From assembly GCA_003650925.1 (NCBI GenBank), contig QMSP01000006.1, positions 18,971 through 82,970 on the forward strand: a stretch of DNA of 64,000 nucleotides, given 5' to 3'. Each line of letters starts with the position of its first letter. Within the stretch, counting starts at the first letter, position 1. Source of the stretch: Thermoprotei archaeon (lineage in GTDB: Archaea; Thermoproteota; Thermoprotei; QMSL01). The notes beneath the pieces were generated by a model, which worked only from the letters and a program-made list of their open reading frames with translations, had not been told where the DNA came from and ran no database searches. Below, one piece after another: positions 31,988 to 41,502 of this stretch. The position numbers were made by a program, and so were the translations under genes.

Positions 31988-32743
31988 ATGGCCTCCCTAA
32001 TAAATGTAGAGGAGCTTGAGATCTACAAGAGGCAGCTCCTCATAAAAGGCTTTACCATAGAAGTTCAGCAGAAGCTCAAGAAGGCTACCGTCCTCATAGC
32101 TGGAGTTGGAGGGCTTGGCTCCATAGTCTCCCTCTGTCTAGCAGGTGCAGGGATCGGGAGGCTAGTCCTGGTTGACCATGATGTGATAAATGTGAGTGAC
32201 CTCAATAGACAATTCCTGTTCTCATATTCTGATGTCGGAAAACCAAAAGTGGAGGTTGCATGTAGACGCTTAAAGAGTCTCAACCCCTTCATTAAGGCTA
32301 TAGGTCTGAAGCTTACCATAGACGAGAGAAGCATGGAAAGAGTGATAGATGATTTCAAAGTTGATGTAGTTATTGACTGCCTTGATAACATAGAGTCACG
32401 CATGATCTTGAATAAAGTCGTGGTCAAGAAGGAGATACCTATGGTTCATGGAGGAGTCAGGGGTCTTAAGGGAGAGATCATGGTTATTGTCCCTAGAAAG
32501 ACTCCTTGCCTTCAATGTCTACTTCCCCAGCTGACCAAGGGGGAGAAGCGACGAGAGATACCTGTTATAGGCCCCATAGTTACTATCATAGGAGGCCTGG
32601 AAGCTCTTGAAGCCATAAAGATCATCAGCGGGGTAGGATCTCCTCTCTTGAATAAGCTATTGAGGATAGATGGGCGAGTACTGAACGTAAAAGTCTATGG
32701 TATTGCAAGAAATCCCAATTGTCCTGTATGCGCCTCTGTTTAA
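31988..32743 (+). CDS. HesA/MoeB/ThiF (E1-like) activating enzyme
   Basis: YKRQ, GVGGLGS, SDLNRQ, DCLDN, PCLQC, CPVC. Confidence 0.94.
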   Translation: MASLINVEELEIYKRQLLIKGFTIEVQQKLKKATVLIAGVGGLGSIVSLCLAGAGIGRLVLVDHDVINVSDLNRQFLFSYSDVGKPKVEVACRRLKSLNPFIKAIGLKLTIDERSMERVIDDFKVDVVIDCLDNIESRMILNKVVVKKEIPMVHGGVRGLKGEIMVIVPRKTPCLQCLLPQLTKGEKRREIPVIGPIVTIIGGLEALEAIKIISGVGSPLLNKLLRIDGRVLNVKVYGIARNPNCPVCASV

Positions 32744-32821
32744 GCCACTTCTTCAACTATGCAGGTAGAAGAAAAACGCTACGTCAGGACTCTTTCATGT
32801 TCGTCTCCTCATAAGTCATCT

Positions 32822-33379
32822 CTAAACTCTTCCTTCCTTTATCCTAGTTATTATCTCATCGGTCTTCATTATCTCTGCTCCATAGATGTTCTTCATGTAG
32901 TCAAGTGCCCTCTTATGCTCTTCAACAGTGAACGTTGTAGTTGCGTCCTCAACTACTATGACTCTATACCCTCTGAAGAAAGCATCAGCTGCTGTGTGAA
33001 GAACACATACCGTACTATGTATCCCTGTCAGGATCAATGTATCAACCTTTAGCTCCCTAAGGAGAATATCTAGGTCCGTCTGGAAGAAAGCACTATATCT
33101 TCTCTTCTCCACTATATAATCACCACTCTTGGGCTTTAGTTCATCAACAACTTCTGCCCCATCAGTACCCTTGATGGCATGTGGCCCCCATAGTCTAAAC
33201 TCAGCATCTATATCTGGCAAGTGTGAGTCATTGGTGTATATCACGGGTATCTTATGAGCCCTGGCAGCTTCGAGTATTTTACTTATGTTAGGAATTATGT
33301 CCTTAGCCCTTTCGCACTTAAGAGCTCCCGTGACAAAATCCTTGAGCATATCTATGACCAGAACAGCTACCCTACCCAT
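32822..33379 (-). CDS. Isochorismatase-family cysteine hydrolase
   Basis: VIDMLKDF, KRRYSAF, TGIHSTVCV. Confidence 0.92.
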   Translation of the reverse strand: MGRVAVLVIDMLKDFVTGALKCERAKDIIPNISKILEAARAHKIPVIYTNDSHLPDIDAEFRLWGPHAIKGTDGAEVVDELKPKSGDYIVEKRRYSAFFQTDLDILLRELKVDTLILTGIHSTVCVLHTAADAFFRGYRVIVVEDATTTFTVEEHKRALDYMKNIYGAEIMKTDEIITRIKEGRV

Positions 33380-33431
33380 GTTATCCTCCTCATATGCACT
33401 ATGTCTCAGCAACCACTTTATTAAGCTATCA

Positions 33432-34034
33432 TCAGCTTACTCTACGTCTCTCAATCTCCTTAGCTATGAAGCTCACCACTGTTATCAGCGCAAGTATATA
33501 CAGGCCTGTGTCCGCCTTTGTATAAGCTACTGTCTCTCCATACATAATAGAGAACCTCAGAGGCTCTATCCATTGAAGTGGAAGCGTTAATAGACATAGC
33601 ACGAGAATAGACAAGAGCCTTCTATACCCCATGCTAATCAGGTCAACTGCATCAGTCCTATTACCTATGAAACTCATGATGCTACCTAGCGCGAGGCTAA
33701 CGATCGACATCACCATCAACACTCTGTAGATCCAAGTGAAGACATCTATTATTGGAGATATGTTTTCAATTGTATCAACGTAGACATCAATCATGACGTT
33801 AGCGTTTCGTGTTGTATTCCCTACTAACAGTTGGGCCATACTGCTCCACCTAACTTCTACCCCTGTGCTCCATGACCTTATGCTCATCACAAGAGCTAGC
33901 TCCTGTCCTCCCCTATGCGTGAACTCCACAAATGCATATATCAAGCCTAGATCGACGAATAGAAGCACAGCTAAAGCTATTGCTGATGCTAGCGCTAACA
34001 GTCCAACTGCAGTGATATTAAGCCCTCTGATCAT
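33432..34034 (-). CDS. Hypothetical membrane protein
   Basis: 200-aa ORF with ~4 hydrophobic segments, overlapping the upstream gene by 4 nt. Confidence 0.6.
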   Translation of the reverse strand: MIRGLNITAVGLLALASAIALAVLLFVDLGLIYAFVEFTHRGGQELALVMSIRSWSTGVEVRWSSMAQLLVGNTTRNANVMIDVYVDTIENISPIIDVFTWIYRVLMVMSIVSLALGSIMSFIGNRTDAVDLISMGYRRLLSILVLCLLTLPLQWIEPLRFSIMYGETVAYTKADTGLYILALITVVSFIAKEIERRRVS

Positions 34035-34495
34035 CCTCTAACCTCCACTTTTATGCTGAGGCTTATGCCTCTTGGAATTATCTTCACAGGCACAAGACCA
34101 GTTATGAAAATCTTAGCCTCAGGGTGCGTGGTGAGATAATTGATCATCTCCTTCCCCTGCCTTATAACAAGTTCTATCGTGCTCTCCGAGAGGGGCTTCA
34201 GTACCTCTTCTCTCATCTCAAGGACATGTTCCTCATCATCCACTACTATATGAAGGAGAGCAGGACCTACTATTATGGTTGAGCGCATACTATTCCTTAT
34301 GACTAGCACCAGATGCAGATCTTCATCTACAATCTTAACCTCCTTATACTCTATATTAATACCGTTCCTTGGAACTAAGTCCTCATAAACTAAGACACCT
34401 CTCCAGTCTCCTCCCATCTGAACATCAATGAGAGGCTTAAGACATAACACTATGAGGACTGCATTAATTATTGACACAACTGTTGATAAGCGCAT
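34031..34495 (-). CDS. Hypothetical membrane-anchored protein (LEA/Ig-like beta pattern)
   Basis: N-terminal TM then beta-strand pattern; GGAGG SD. Confidence 0.55.
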   Translation of the reverse strand: MRLSTVVSIINAVLIVLCLKPLIDVQMGGDWRGVLVYEDLVPRNGINIEYKEVKIVDEDLHLVLVIRNSMRSTIIVGPALLHIVVDDEEHVLEMREEVLKPLSESTIELVIRQGKEMINYLTTHPEAKIFITGLVPVKIIPRGISLSIKVEVRG

Positions 34496-34567
34496 ATCCC
34501 TCCCTCATCATTGTTCATATCCTTGAAGTATTTAGAGGCTAAACAGATTTAAAAATATTGAAGTAGT

Positions 34568-34641
34568 TTTAACCCGGGCGTGAAGGGAGAGGTCATGGTG
34601 CGGAACATCCGCCCTCCCTCTCCCCGTCCCACCCGGGCCCT
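34568..34641 (-). ncRNA. H/ACA-type guide RNA (single hairpin, K-turn, AAA box) matching 16S rRNA
   Basis: Lower stem CCCGGGU/GCCCGGG, pocket GGGACG/UUCAC, upper stem GGGAGAGG/CCUCUCCC, K-turn GA / CAU-GA, ANA box 14 nt from the upper stem. Confidence 0.8.
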
Positions 34642-34726
34642 GAGTGAACCATAACCTCTGCCATTGATAAGTCTATCTCATGTAGCGTAATCTTAAATTC
34701 ACTTTCAAGCCTATAATCTCTGCAGA

Positions 34727-34775
34727 ATGATGAGCCGATGGCTGGCTGAATCATGATGAGTTCGCTGTTAGCTGA
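34727..34775 (+). ncRNA. C/D box sRNA
   Basis: ATGATGA-gccgatggctgg-CTGA-atc-ATGATGA-gttcgctgttag-CTGA, perfect boxes with 12-nt guides; TTAAAT TATA-like element ~30 nt upstream. Confidence 0.9.
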
Positions 34776-34966
34776 TTCCAGTAACAATATTGGCTGTGCA
34801 CGACATACTGAAAGACGTGAGTGAAGTTTAGCATGAACTTGTTATATGCAAGCTTCACATTCGAGATATGCAATCTTCCATCCTGAGTTATCATGTCTAA
34901 TAGCTCGAGTTCCTGTATGAATATATGAGCGCTTAGATCTATAGTCTTCATGGGAGAGGCCTCCTC

Positions 34967-35668
34967 ATGAATTCAAAGATTATAGAGATAGTCTGGTCAA
35001 CTGATGTTGTGGAAAAATTCCATAGGTTATCCATAGCCTCACTCACCATAATAAATGTTAAGATAAAGCCAAGGAATAAAGAGCTGGACGATCTGGTGAA
35101 GGACAAGGTTGAGTATTTAAGAGAACGCTATACGCTTGAGAGGCTAAAGAATGAAGCTCTTGTAAGAGCCTATAGAGACTTCTTCTGGAGAATGGGAATA
35201 GATCCCACGAAGAGAAGGCCTGCTGCTGAAGCTCTCTTAAGGCGAATTCTTCAGGGCAAAGGCCTTCCTCGCATACTTAACGTAGTTGATGCCTATAATC
35301 TCGCCTCAGCTGAGACCCTCATAACTATGAGCGCTTATGACCTTGACAAAGTAGAGCCTCCGTTAATCGTACGATTTGCCAAGAAGGGAGAGGAAGTAAT
35401 CCTCATAGGCAATAGGCGAAGAGTTCTCACGGGAAGAGAGCTCGTTCTCAGTGATCAGGAAGGTATCCTCTGTGTGTACGTTCATGGCGATGTTGAAAGA
35501 ACAAAGGTGACATCTGAGACCAGGAACATACTTCTCGTAGCATATGGCACTCCTGGCATGTCTGTCTCTGTCCTCATGGACTCCTTGAAGAAAGCTTATG
35601 AATACATAACTAAATGCGCTGGTGGCCAATTGCTTCAGGTGTTCGCATCAAGAACATCTTATACATGA
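34967..35668 (+). CDS. B3/B4-domain (PheRS beta-like) tRNA editing protein
   Basis: AYRDFFWRMGIDPTKRRPAAEALLRR, NVVDAYN, AYDLD. Confidence 0.9.
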   Translation: MNSKIIEIVWSTDVVEKFHRLSIASLTIINVKIKPRNKELDDLVKDKVEYLRERYTLERLKNEALVRAYRDFFWRMGIDPTKRRPAAEALLRRILQGKGLPRILNVVDAYNLASAETLITMSAYDLDKVEPPLIVRFAKKGEEVILIGNRRRVLTGRELVLSDQEGILCVYVHGDVERTKVTSETRNILLVAYGTPGMSVSVLMDSLKKAYEYITKCAGGQLLQVFASRTSYT

Positions 35669-35685
35669 CCTCATGAATAGTTCAG

Positions 35686-36924
35686 GTGGTCCTAGTGTTC
35701 AAACTGCCTTCACTGCTAGACAGAATAGTGATGATATATGGCAGAATAAAAGGTAATGCAAGAGTTCTCCTCCTCACTGAGCCGCTGTGGAGTATTCCCA
35801 TGCCTTGGCTATTCTACTATCTTCCGCTCTTCCTTGCCCACATAGGCCTAAGCGAGGTGGAGATAGGCTATGTTATAGCTTTCTCCTCAGTTCTTCACGT
35901 AATATGTCCTCCTCTCTCAAGCTTTTTCGCTAAAAGGTGGGGATTTAAGAAGGCCTTCATACTTCTGGATGCTATAGGATGGATTCCTTGGCTTGTAATA
36001 TGGGTTTTGGCTCGAAGCTCAATCCACGCCTTTATAGCCACTTCATTCATGGCCTTCGTGGCCATGGCGGCTACACTATGGGAGTGTCTGCTCATGGAAG
36101 GCACTGATCCTGACGTAAGACCTACCATATACGGCTCCATTCAGATGATATATCTCATAGGCAATCTGCTAACCCCCACGGCTGGCTATGTAATTCATGT
36201 TAAAGGGCTAGGATATGGTTACAAGCTACTCTGCTTGTTAGCTATATCTTCATTGTCTATTATGTACTTAGTGAGAGCCCTGTACCTGAAGGAGCCTGCA
36301 TCGGTCAAGGAGGAGCCTTACTTCTCCTATGATATGGTTCTAGAGTTACTCATTAAAAAGAAAGGTCTCTTAGTAATACTCTCAATAAATGCCTTATGGA
36401 GCTTTCAACTTACTATAATGAGCACTTTCCTGGTGCTTCTTCTCGTCGATCCAAGAGCTTTCATGCTCACTGAGAGTGAAGTGGCTATGGTCCCCTTCGT
36501 GAGCTCTCTTGTACAGTTATTGGTTGTCTTACTAATGGTTCCTAGAGTAACTTCGCATATCCAAACTGCAGTATTATCGCTGAGCTACATGGTGTCCACT
36601 GCGACGCTAGCCTTGATATTCTTCATACCTCCAAGAAGCCTGAGCCTTGTGCTCGTATTCGCATTTCTTGATGCTATACCCTCCTCTCTTATGTGGCCTC
36701 TCAATAGGGCCATACTATTCGCTTTCATGGGAAGTTTAGGTCCAGGCTCCAAGACTAAGATTATTGCACTCGCAAACATGTTAGGATCCCTTGCCTCAGC
36801 CATTGCAGGCCCCATAGGTGGTATATTATTCTCCATGGATCCTCTCCTTCCCTTTATCTTAATCATAGGCACTAGGATGACCTCAGGCTTCATGTTGATG
36901 TTATCAAGTAGGCTACTAAAGTAA
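35686..36924 (+). CDS. MFS transporter
   Basis: ~12 hydrophobic segments, GNARVLLLTEPLW. Confidence 0.85.
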   Translation: MVLVFKLPSLLDRIVMIYGRIKGNARVLLLTEPLWSIPMPWLFYYLPLFLAHIGLSEVEIGYVIAFSSVLHVICPPLSSFFAKRWGFKKAFILLDAIGWIPWLVIWVLARSSIHAFIATSFMAFVAMAATLWECLLMEGTDPDVRPTIYGSIQMIYLIGNLLTPTAGYVIHVKGLGYGYKLLCLLAISSLSIMYLVRALYLKEPASVKEEPYFSYDMVLELLIKKKGLLVILSINALWSFQLTIMSTFLVLLLVDPRAFMLTESEVAMVPFVSSLVQLLVVLLMVPRVTSHIQTAVLSLSYMVSTATLALIFFIPPRSLSLVLVFAFLDAIPSSLMWPLNRAILFAFMGSLGPGSKTKIIALANMLGSLASAIAGPIGGILFSMDPLLPFILIIGTRMTSGFMLMLSSRLLK

Positions 36925-37003
36925 TTAACTTGGTAAAGGATGAGGAGGAAAAGATCATGCACAGAAGATACTTATGGATGCACGATATACCAGAGGATAA
37001 GGG

Positions 37004-37052
37004 ATGATGAGTACTTTTCAGGGAGAACGATGATCGAAGTGCCCGAGGCTGA
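37004..37052 (+). ncRNA. Possible C/D box sRNA
   Basis: ATGATGA-gtacttttcagg-GAGA-acGATGA-tcgaagtgcccgagg-CTGA; D' box non-canonical. Confidence 0.4.
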
Positions 37053-37603
37053 CTGTCTCCATAACACTTTTAGTCTGCACGTGGAAGCAAAAGTCCAAGG
37101 ATTAAAAAGAGAAGTATTCTTAGATCAAGGTGTTTTCTTGAGCAACACCATGGCAAAGGCTACAGTATACATGTCGGCAATAGGGTCTATTTCCCGAGTA
37201 TCAATACTAATCTGAACTACTCTTCTTTGATCCGGAGGATCTCTATCATCGCCCAAATGGGTTAGCTTGAAGAGTCTCAAGTTATCACCTCTATCTTAAT
37301 AGTTACATATGAAACTTAAAAGCTTATCCCTGCATGATCCTTATTACTGATAGTCATTCATCATTCATGATAATATGTCCAGTAGTAATTGTTGCATAAG
37401 TAACTGTTAAAAATCGTTGGAAGGATACAAAAACCTCCTTTGGCTTAGGCAACGCTACTGTTATAAGTCTACCACTACTCAGGCTTGAATTCTCTTTACT
37501 CAAATCTAGTACCAGTTTTAGCTCTTGAGTCTTATGGGGCCTTAGATTTTTACGAAAGCTCTCCAGAATAATTACTCGATAATACATAGGCAGGTGATTT
37601 AGT

Positions 37604-39577
37604 GTGGTTAGACCATTGCCTATTGAAGTGCCCATCAAGGGGAAAATTGTGAATATAGAAGTTCCCAGAACCGGTTATCGATGGAGAGGTGTTGTGGAGT
37701 TATCTCTAGAAGATGGCCTTAAGGTGGCTTTAATCATGACAGGTTCCATAGCGCAATGGTTGTCCAAAGGAGAGCTCGTTGAGGTAACTTTTCACAACGA
37801 GCCTAGATATATAAGAGGTGAATACGTAGGACTGCCCGACGATTATGAGCTTAAAAGAATATGGAATGGTGAGTATATTCTCATATGGCCTCCATGATCT
37901 CGAGAAGCTCGTGTTCAGAGGAAGGATCCTGTAAAAGGTGAGGTCATCTATGAATATAGGGTCAGGGCAAGGGAGGCGGTCAGTGAGAGAGATTATATGG
38001 AGATAGCTAGTCTGGAACAATATCACTACGCAAGTGAAGAGGTCATCGTAGCCATCTGGAGATGCCCCTTATGTGGTAGATTCCTTGAAGCTAATGTGCA
38101 GCCAAAGTGCCCTGAACATGACCTTCCTGCTCGACTTCAGGAGATAAGAGGAAGTCTGCCTTCATCTAGGTTTTTGGTTCTAGAGTTAGTCGAGAGAAGA
38201 CCGTATGAGCCAAGAATAGTGAGTTATGTAAGAGTTGACACTCCCGTTCCACTCATGCACAGAAGAGTAGTCGAGGACGGAGAGGTAGCCACTGAGAGAA
38301 TGATAAGGGAGAGAATATTTCCACGCGATTGGTTTCATCCAACTTTCTGGCCAACTGTTTATGCTAAGCGAAGGGAACTTCTTCTAAGATATAAGGAGCT
38401 CACTAAGCTGTATGGCTCAAGAAGCCTAGCAAGGGCCATAGTAGGTGAAGAGATATCACGAATCGCTCTTAAAATGGCCAATACTGCAGCTGCAAGAATA
38501 GCAAGGGTTGTCGTGCACCCAGACTATAGGGGAGATGGTCTTGGTGTCTTGGCAGTCAAGATGGCTGTTGAATGGATAAGAGAGCGAAGAGTGCCTGAGA
38601 TGAAGAGGGAGAAGCATATAGTCGAGACTATAGCTCAGATGGCTAGGTACAATCCCTTCTTCGAGAAAGCTGGCTTCGTGTACATGTGGGAGACAGCGGG
38701 CGGTAGGCCTGTGCTCATGTATCCAATAACAAGTAAAGCAAGGGAGATCATCGATAAGTTCCTCAAGGAAGACCCTTATGCTAGTAAACATGGAGGAAAA
38801 CTTTACTCAACAAGATTTGGAGGCATAGAGAGGCTTAAGGGGCCCATAATAGCAAAGGGACTAACCAAGAAGTACTCAAGCGTGCTTGATGTATCAAGAC
38901 TACCTCATACCCTTCAGGAAGTTCTTAAGGCTTTTGGCGTGGAAAGGAGACTTGTTGAGAAGTACGTGCTAAGGGATGTAGACCTAGTTGTAGAGCCTGG
39001 AGAGATAGTGGTCATCGTTGGTGCATCTGGAGCTGGGAAGACTACGTTGTTAAGGATGATCATAGGAGCCGCGCTCGGAATAAGGAATGAACGCTATAGG
39101 CCTACATATGGCAAGGTAGAGGTTCCAGATAACGTCAAGCTAGAGTATATGCTTCCTGGCGAACATGAACCCAAGTTTGGAGATGAGACCTTACTGGAGC
39201 ATATAGTGGATAAAGTAGGCAACCCAGCAATAGCTGTCGAAATACTCAACTCCGTTGGCCTCTCAGACGCTGTCTTCTACAGAGCTAGGTTTCATGAACT
39301 CTCCACAGGGCAGAAGGAGAGGGCCAAGTTAGCCAGCATGATAGCTTCAAGACCAAATCTATTGATAATAGATGAATTCGCTGCCCATCTAGATGCGCTG
39401 ACAGCTCAGAAGGTTGCTAGAAAGCTTAGCCAAATAGCTAGAAGGACTGGTATGACTGTCATAGTGGCCACCAACAGGATAGAGGTCATCAAAGCCCTTT
39501 GCCCCGACAAGATAATATACGTAGGGTATGGAGCCACTTTCAGTATGAGGTACGAAGAGTCTGAATATGCAAAATAA
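37604..39577 (+). pseudogene. GNAT acetyltransferase-ABC ATPase fusion protein with in-frame TGA at 37895-37897
   Basis: ORFs 37604-37897 and 37997-39577 share a frame and the gap is open (WPP*SREARVQ...REAVSERDYMEIASLEQYHY); RVVVHPDYRGDGLG, GASGAGKT, LSTGQ, IIDEF. Confidence 0.75.
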
Positions 39578-39647
39578 AAGGCATATACCTATCCCACCTG
39601 CTTTAAAGAAGGTTTCCTAGTTCGTCGAATCATGAGTTTAGCGCTTC

Positions 39648-40475
39648 TTACTTCCTTATCCCTACGAACCTAAGGGCATTCTCGCCTAGGTACTTCCTTA
39701 TGCTAGTCTCTGGCAGTCCTATGTGGTCTCGTAGCAGTGTAATGTCTCGTTCAATAATCTTCCTAGCCTCCACTAGGTTGCCTATATGACTATCGCTACC
39801 AAATATCACATAGTCTTCTGCGCCATATGCAAATACTTTCTGTAGAGCTTCCTTCCTATAGAGTGGAGGAGTTCCTGGAGTTGCGTCAATGTACATTTGA
39901 ATATCTCTACGCCCCGCTCTCTGAGCCTCAACCCTAAAGTGCCCCCATGTTGCTATACACTCATCTACCCATGGCCATCCTATGTGGGCTAATGCAAACC
40001 TTATCTTTGGAAACTTTAGAAGAATCTCGTAGTTAGCAGGGCGGCAGAATCTTGATGAATCTCCAAATCCCCATAGTATCCCTGAGTGAAATATTATGGG
40101 AACATTCAATTCCTCTATCTTCTCATATACCTTAAGCAGCTTCTCATCATATGGATACCAGTGGTTTGGTATCATCTTCACCCCTCTGAGCTCAAGCTTA
40201 GTAACAGCCCACTCAAGCACTTCAACAGCTTTTTCCAGAAGAGGCTCAAGCCATAGAAAGCCTACTATTCTGTCGGGAGCTTCCTTCTGTAGATTAGCCA
40301 CGTGCTCTGCTACTTCTCTTTGCTTGTGTAAGTCATATTCTACGTAGCTTCCATAGCCTATGATCCTGCCGGGATAGGCTGAGAAAGCGAATATGACATC
40401 TATGCCTGCACTATCCATCGCCTTCAATATTTCGTCCACTTTCTCTCTTCCTTCTAGGTGTACATGGCAATCCAC
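39648..40475 (-). CDS. Amidohydrolase family protein
   Basis: DCHVH, FHSG, LAHIGWPW, FGSD. Confidence 0.9.
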   Translation of the reverse strand: MDCHVHLEGREKVDEILKAMDSAGIDVIFAFSAYPGRIIGYGSYVEYDLHKQREVAEHVANLQKEAPDRIVGFLWLEPLLEKAVEVLEWAVTKLELRGVKMIPNHWYPYDEKLLKVYEKIEELNVPIIFHSGILWGFGDSSRFCRPANYEILLKFPKIRFALAHIGWPWVDECIATWGHFRVEAQRAGRRDIQMYIDATPGTPPLYRKEALQKVFAYGAEDYVIFGSDSHIGNLVEARKIIERDITLLRDHIGLPETSIRKYLGENALRFVGIRK

Positions 40476-40561
40476 AATGACCGTAATCTCGCCCTACTAA
40501 ACTATCTGACTAAAGGATAAATGCTACACGCGTCATATATGCATAAACATTTACATCATTA

Positions 40562-41425
40562 TTGTCCATAGAAACCATCACTTTTCACATTTCTGGAGTG
40601 GGCCTGGTTAACTGTTCTACTTTAGATTCTGCCAATAAGTCTAATTGCATGGCATTTAAGGATAGAGTTTTAACCCCTACCAGCAATAGGCTGAAACGTG
40701 GAGGTGCCGTATTTACGTCAAGACCAGTAATAGTGGGCCATAGAGCTAACACGATAAGAACGTTGATGAAGTACTTAAGAGTAGGAGTTCCAATGATAGA
40801 GGTGGACGTGAGAAAGCGAAGAGGTGAGCTAATAGTCCTTCACGGCCCTCTATCGTATCAGCCAGTAAGCGTGCTAGGAAAGCTCTTCAAGAAGTTAATG
40901 TACATAATCCTTTCAGGCGACCCCGTGGTTGGAAAGATGCCACTAGAGCGAGTTCTGCGTATACTGAATGGAAAGGCTGGAGTATGGCTTGACATAAAGG
41001 AGAAGAGGATTGAGGATGAGATCATCAAGTTATTGAAAAAGACTAAGTTCAAGGGGCCTGTAGTCGTCTCCTCTACTTATCACACTGTTGTAAAGAAATT
41101 CAAGGAGAAGATGCCTGAGGCACTATGTGCAATAAGTCTAAGCGAAGAGCCAGTTGACCTGCTCCAGCTAGTCAAATCCGCTAAAGCGGATATAGTTGCA
41201 CTCGAATATCTATACGCAAATGAAGAGATAGTAGAGACTCTTCATGGAAACGATGTCAGAGTAGCCGTGTGGACAGTTAACGATCCATCAATGGCAAAGA
41301 AGCTTGCTAACATAGGAGTTGATTACATAATAACTGATGATCCCTACACGGTGATGGAAATATTGAAAGGACGCAGGCTTTACCATAGAACTATTCCTCG
41401 ATATCTAGCGATGTGCGCCATATAG
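40562..41425 (+). CDS. Glycerophosphodiester phosphodiesterase family protein (true start probably further 3')
   Basis: VGHR, IEVDV, LDIK, VWTVND, GVDYIITDDP. Confidence 0.88.
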   Translation: MSIETITFHISGVGLVNCSTLDSANKSNCMAFKDRVLTPTSNRLKRGGAVFTSRPVIVGHRANTIRTLMKYLRVGVPMIEVDVRKRRGELIVLHGPLSYQPVSVLGKLFKKLMYIILSGDPVVGKMPLERVLRILNGKAGVWLDIKEKRIEDEIIKLLKKTKFKGPVVVSSTYHTVVKKFKEKMPEALCAISLSEEPVDLLQLVKSAKADIVALEYLYANEEIVETLHGNDVRVAVWTVNDPSMAKKLANIGVDYIITDDPYTVMEILKGRRLYHRTIPRYLAMCAI

Positions 41426-41502
41426 CGTTCAACTTTTACTGGCGTTAGTAAAGACTACTTTTAAGTGCTTTTGTACAAGGTATTTTCTGGGGTTACCTCT
41501 TC

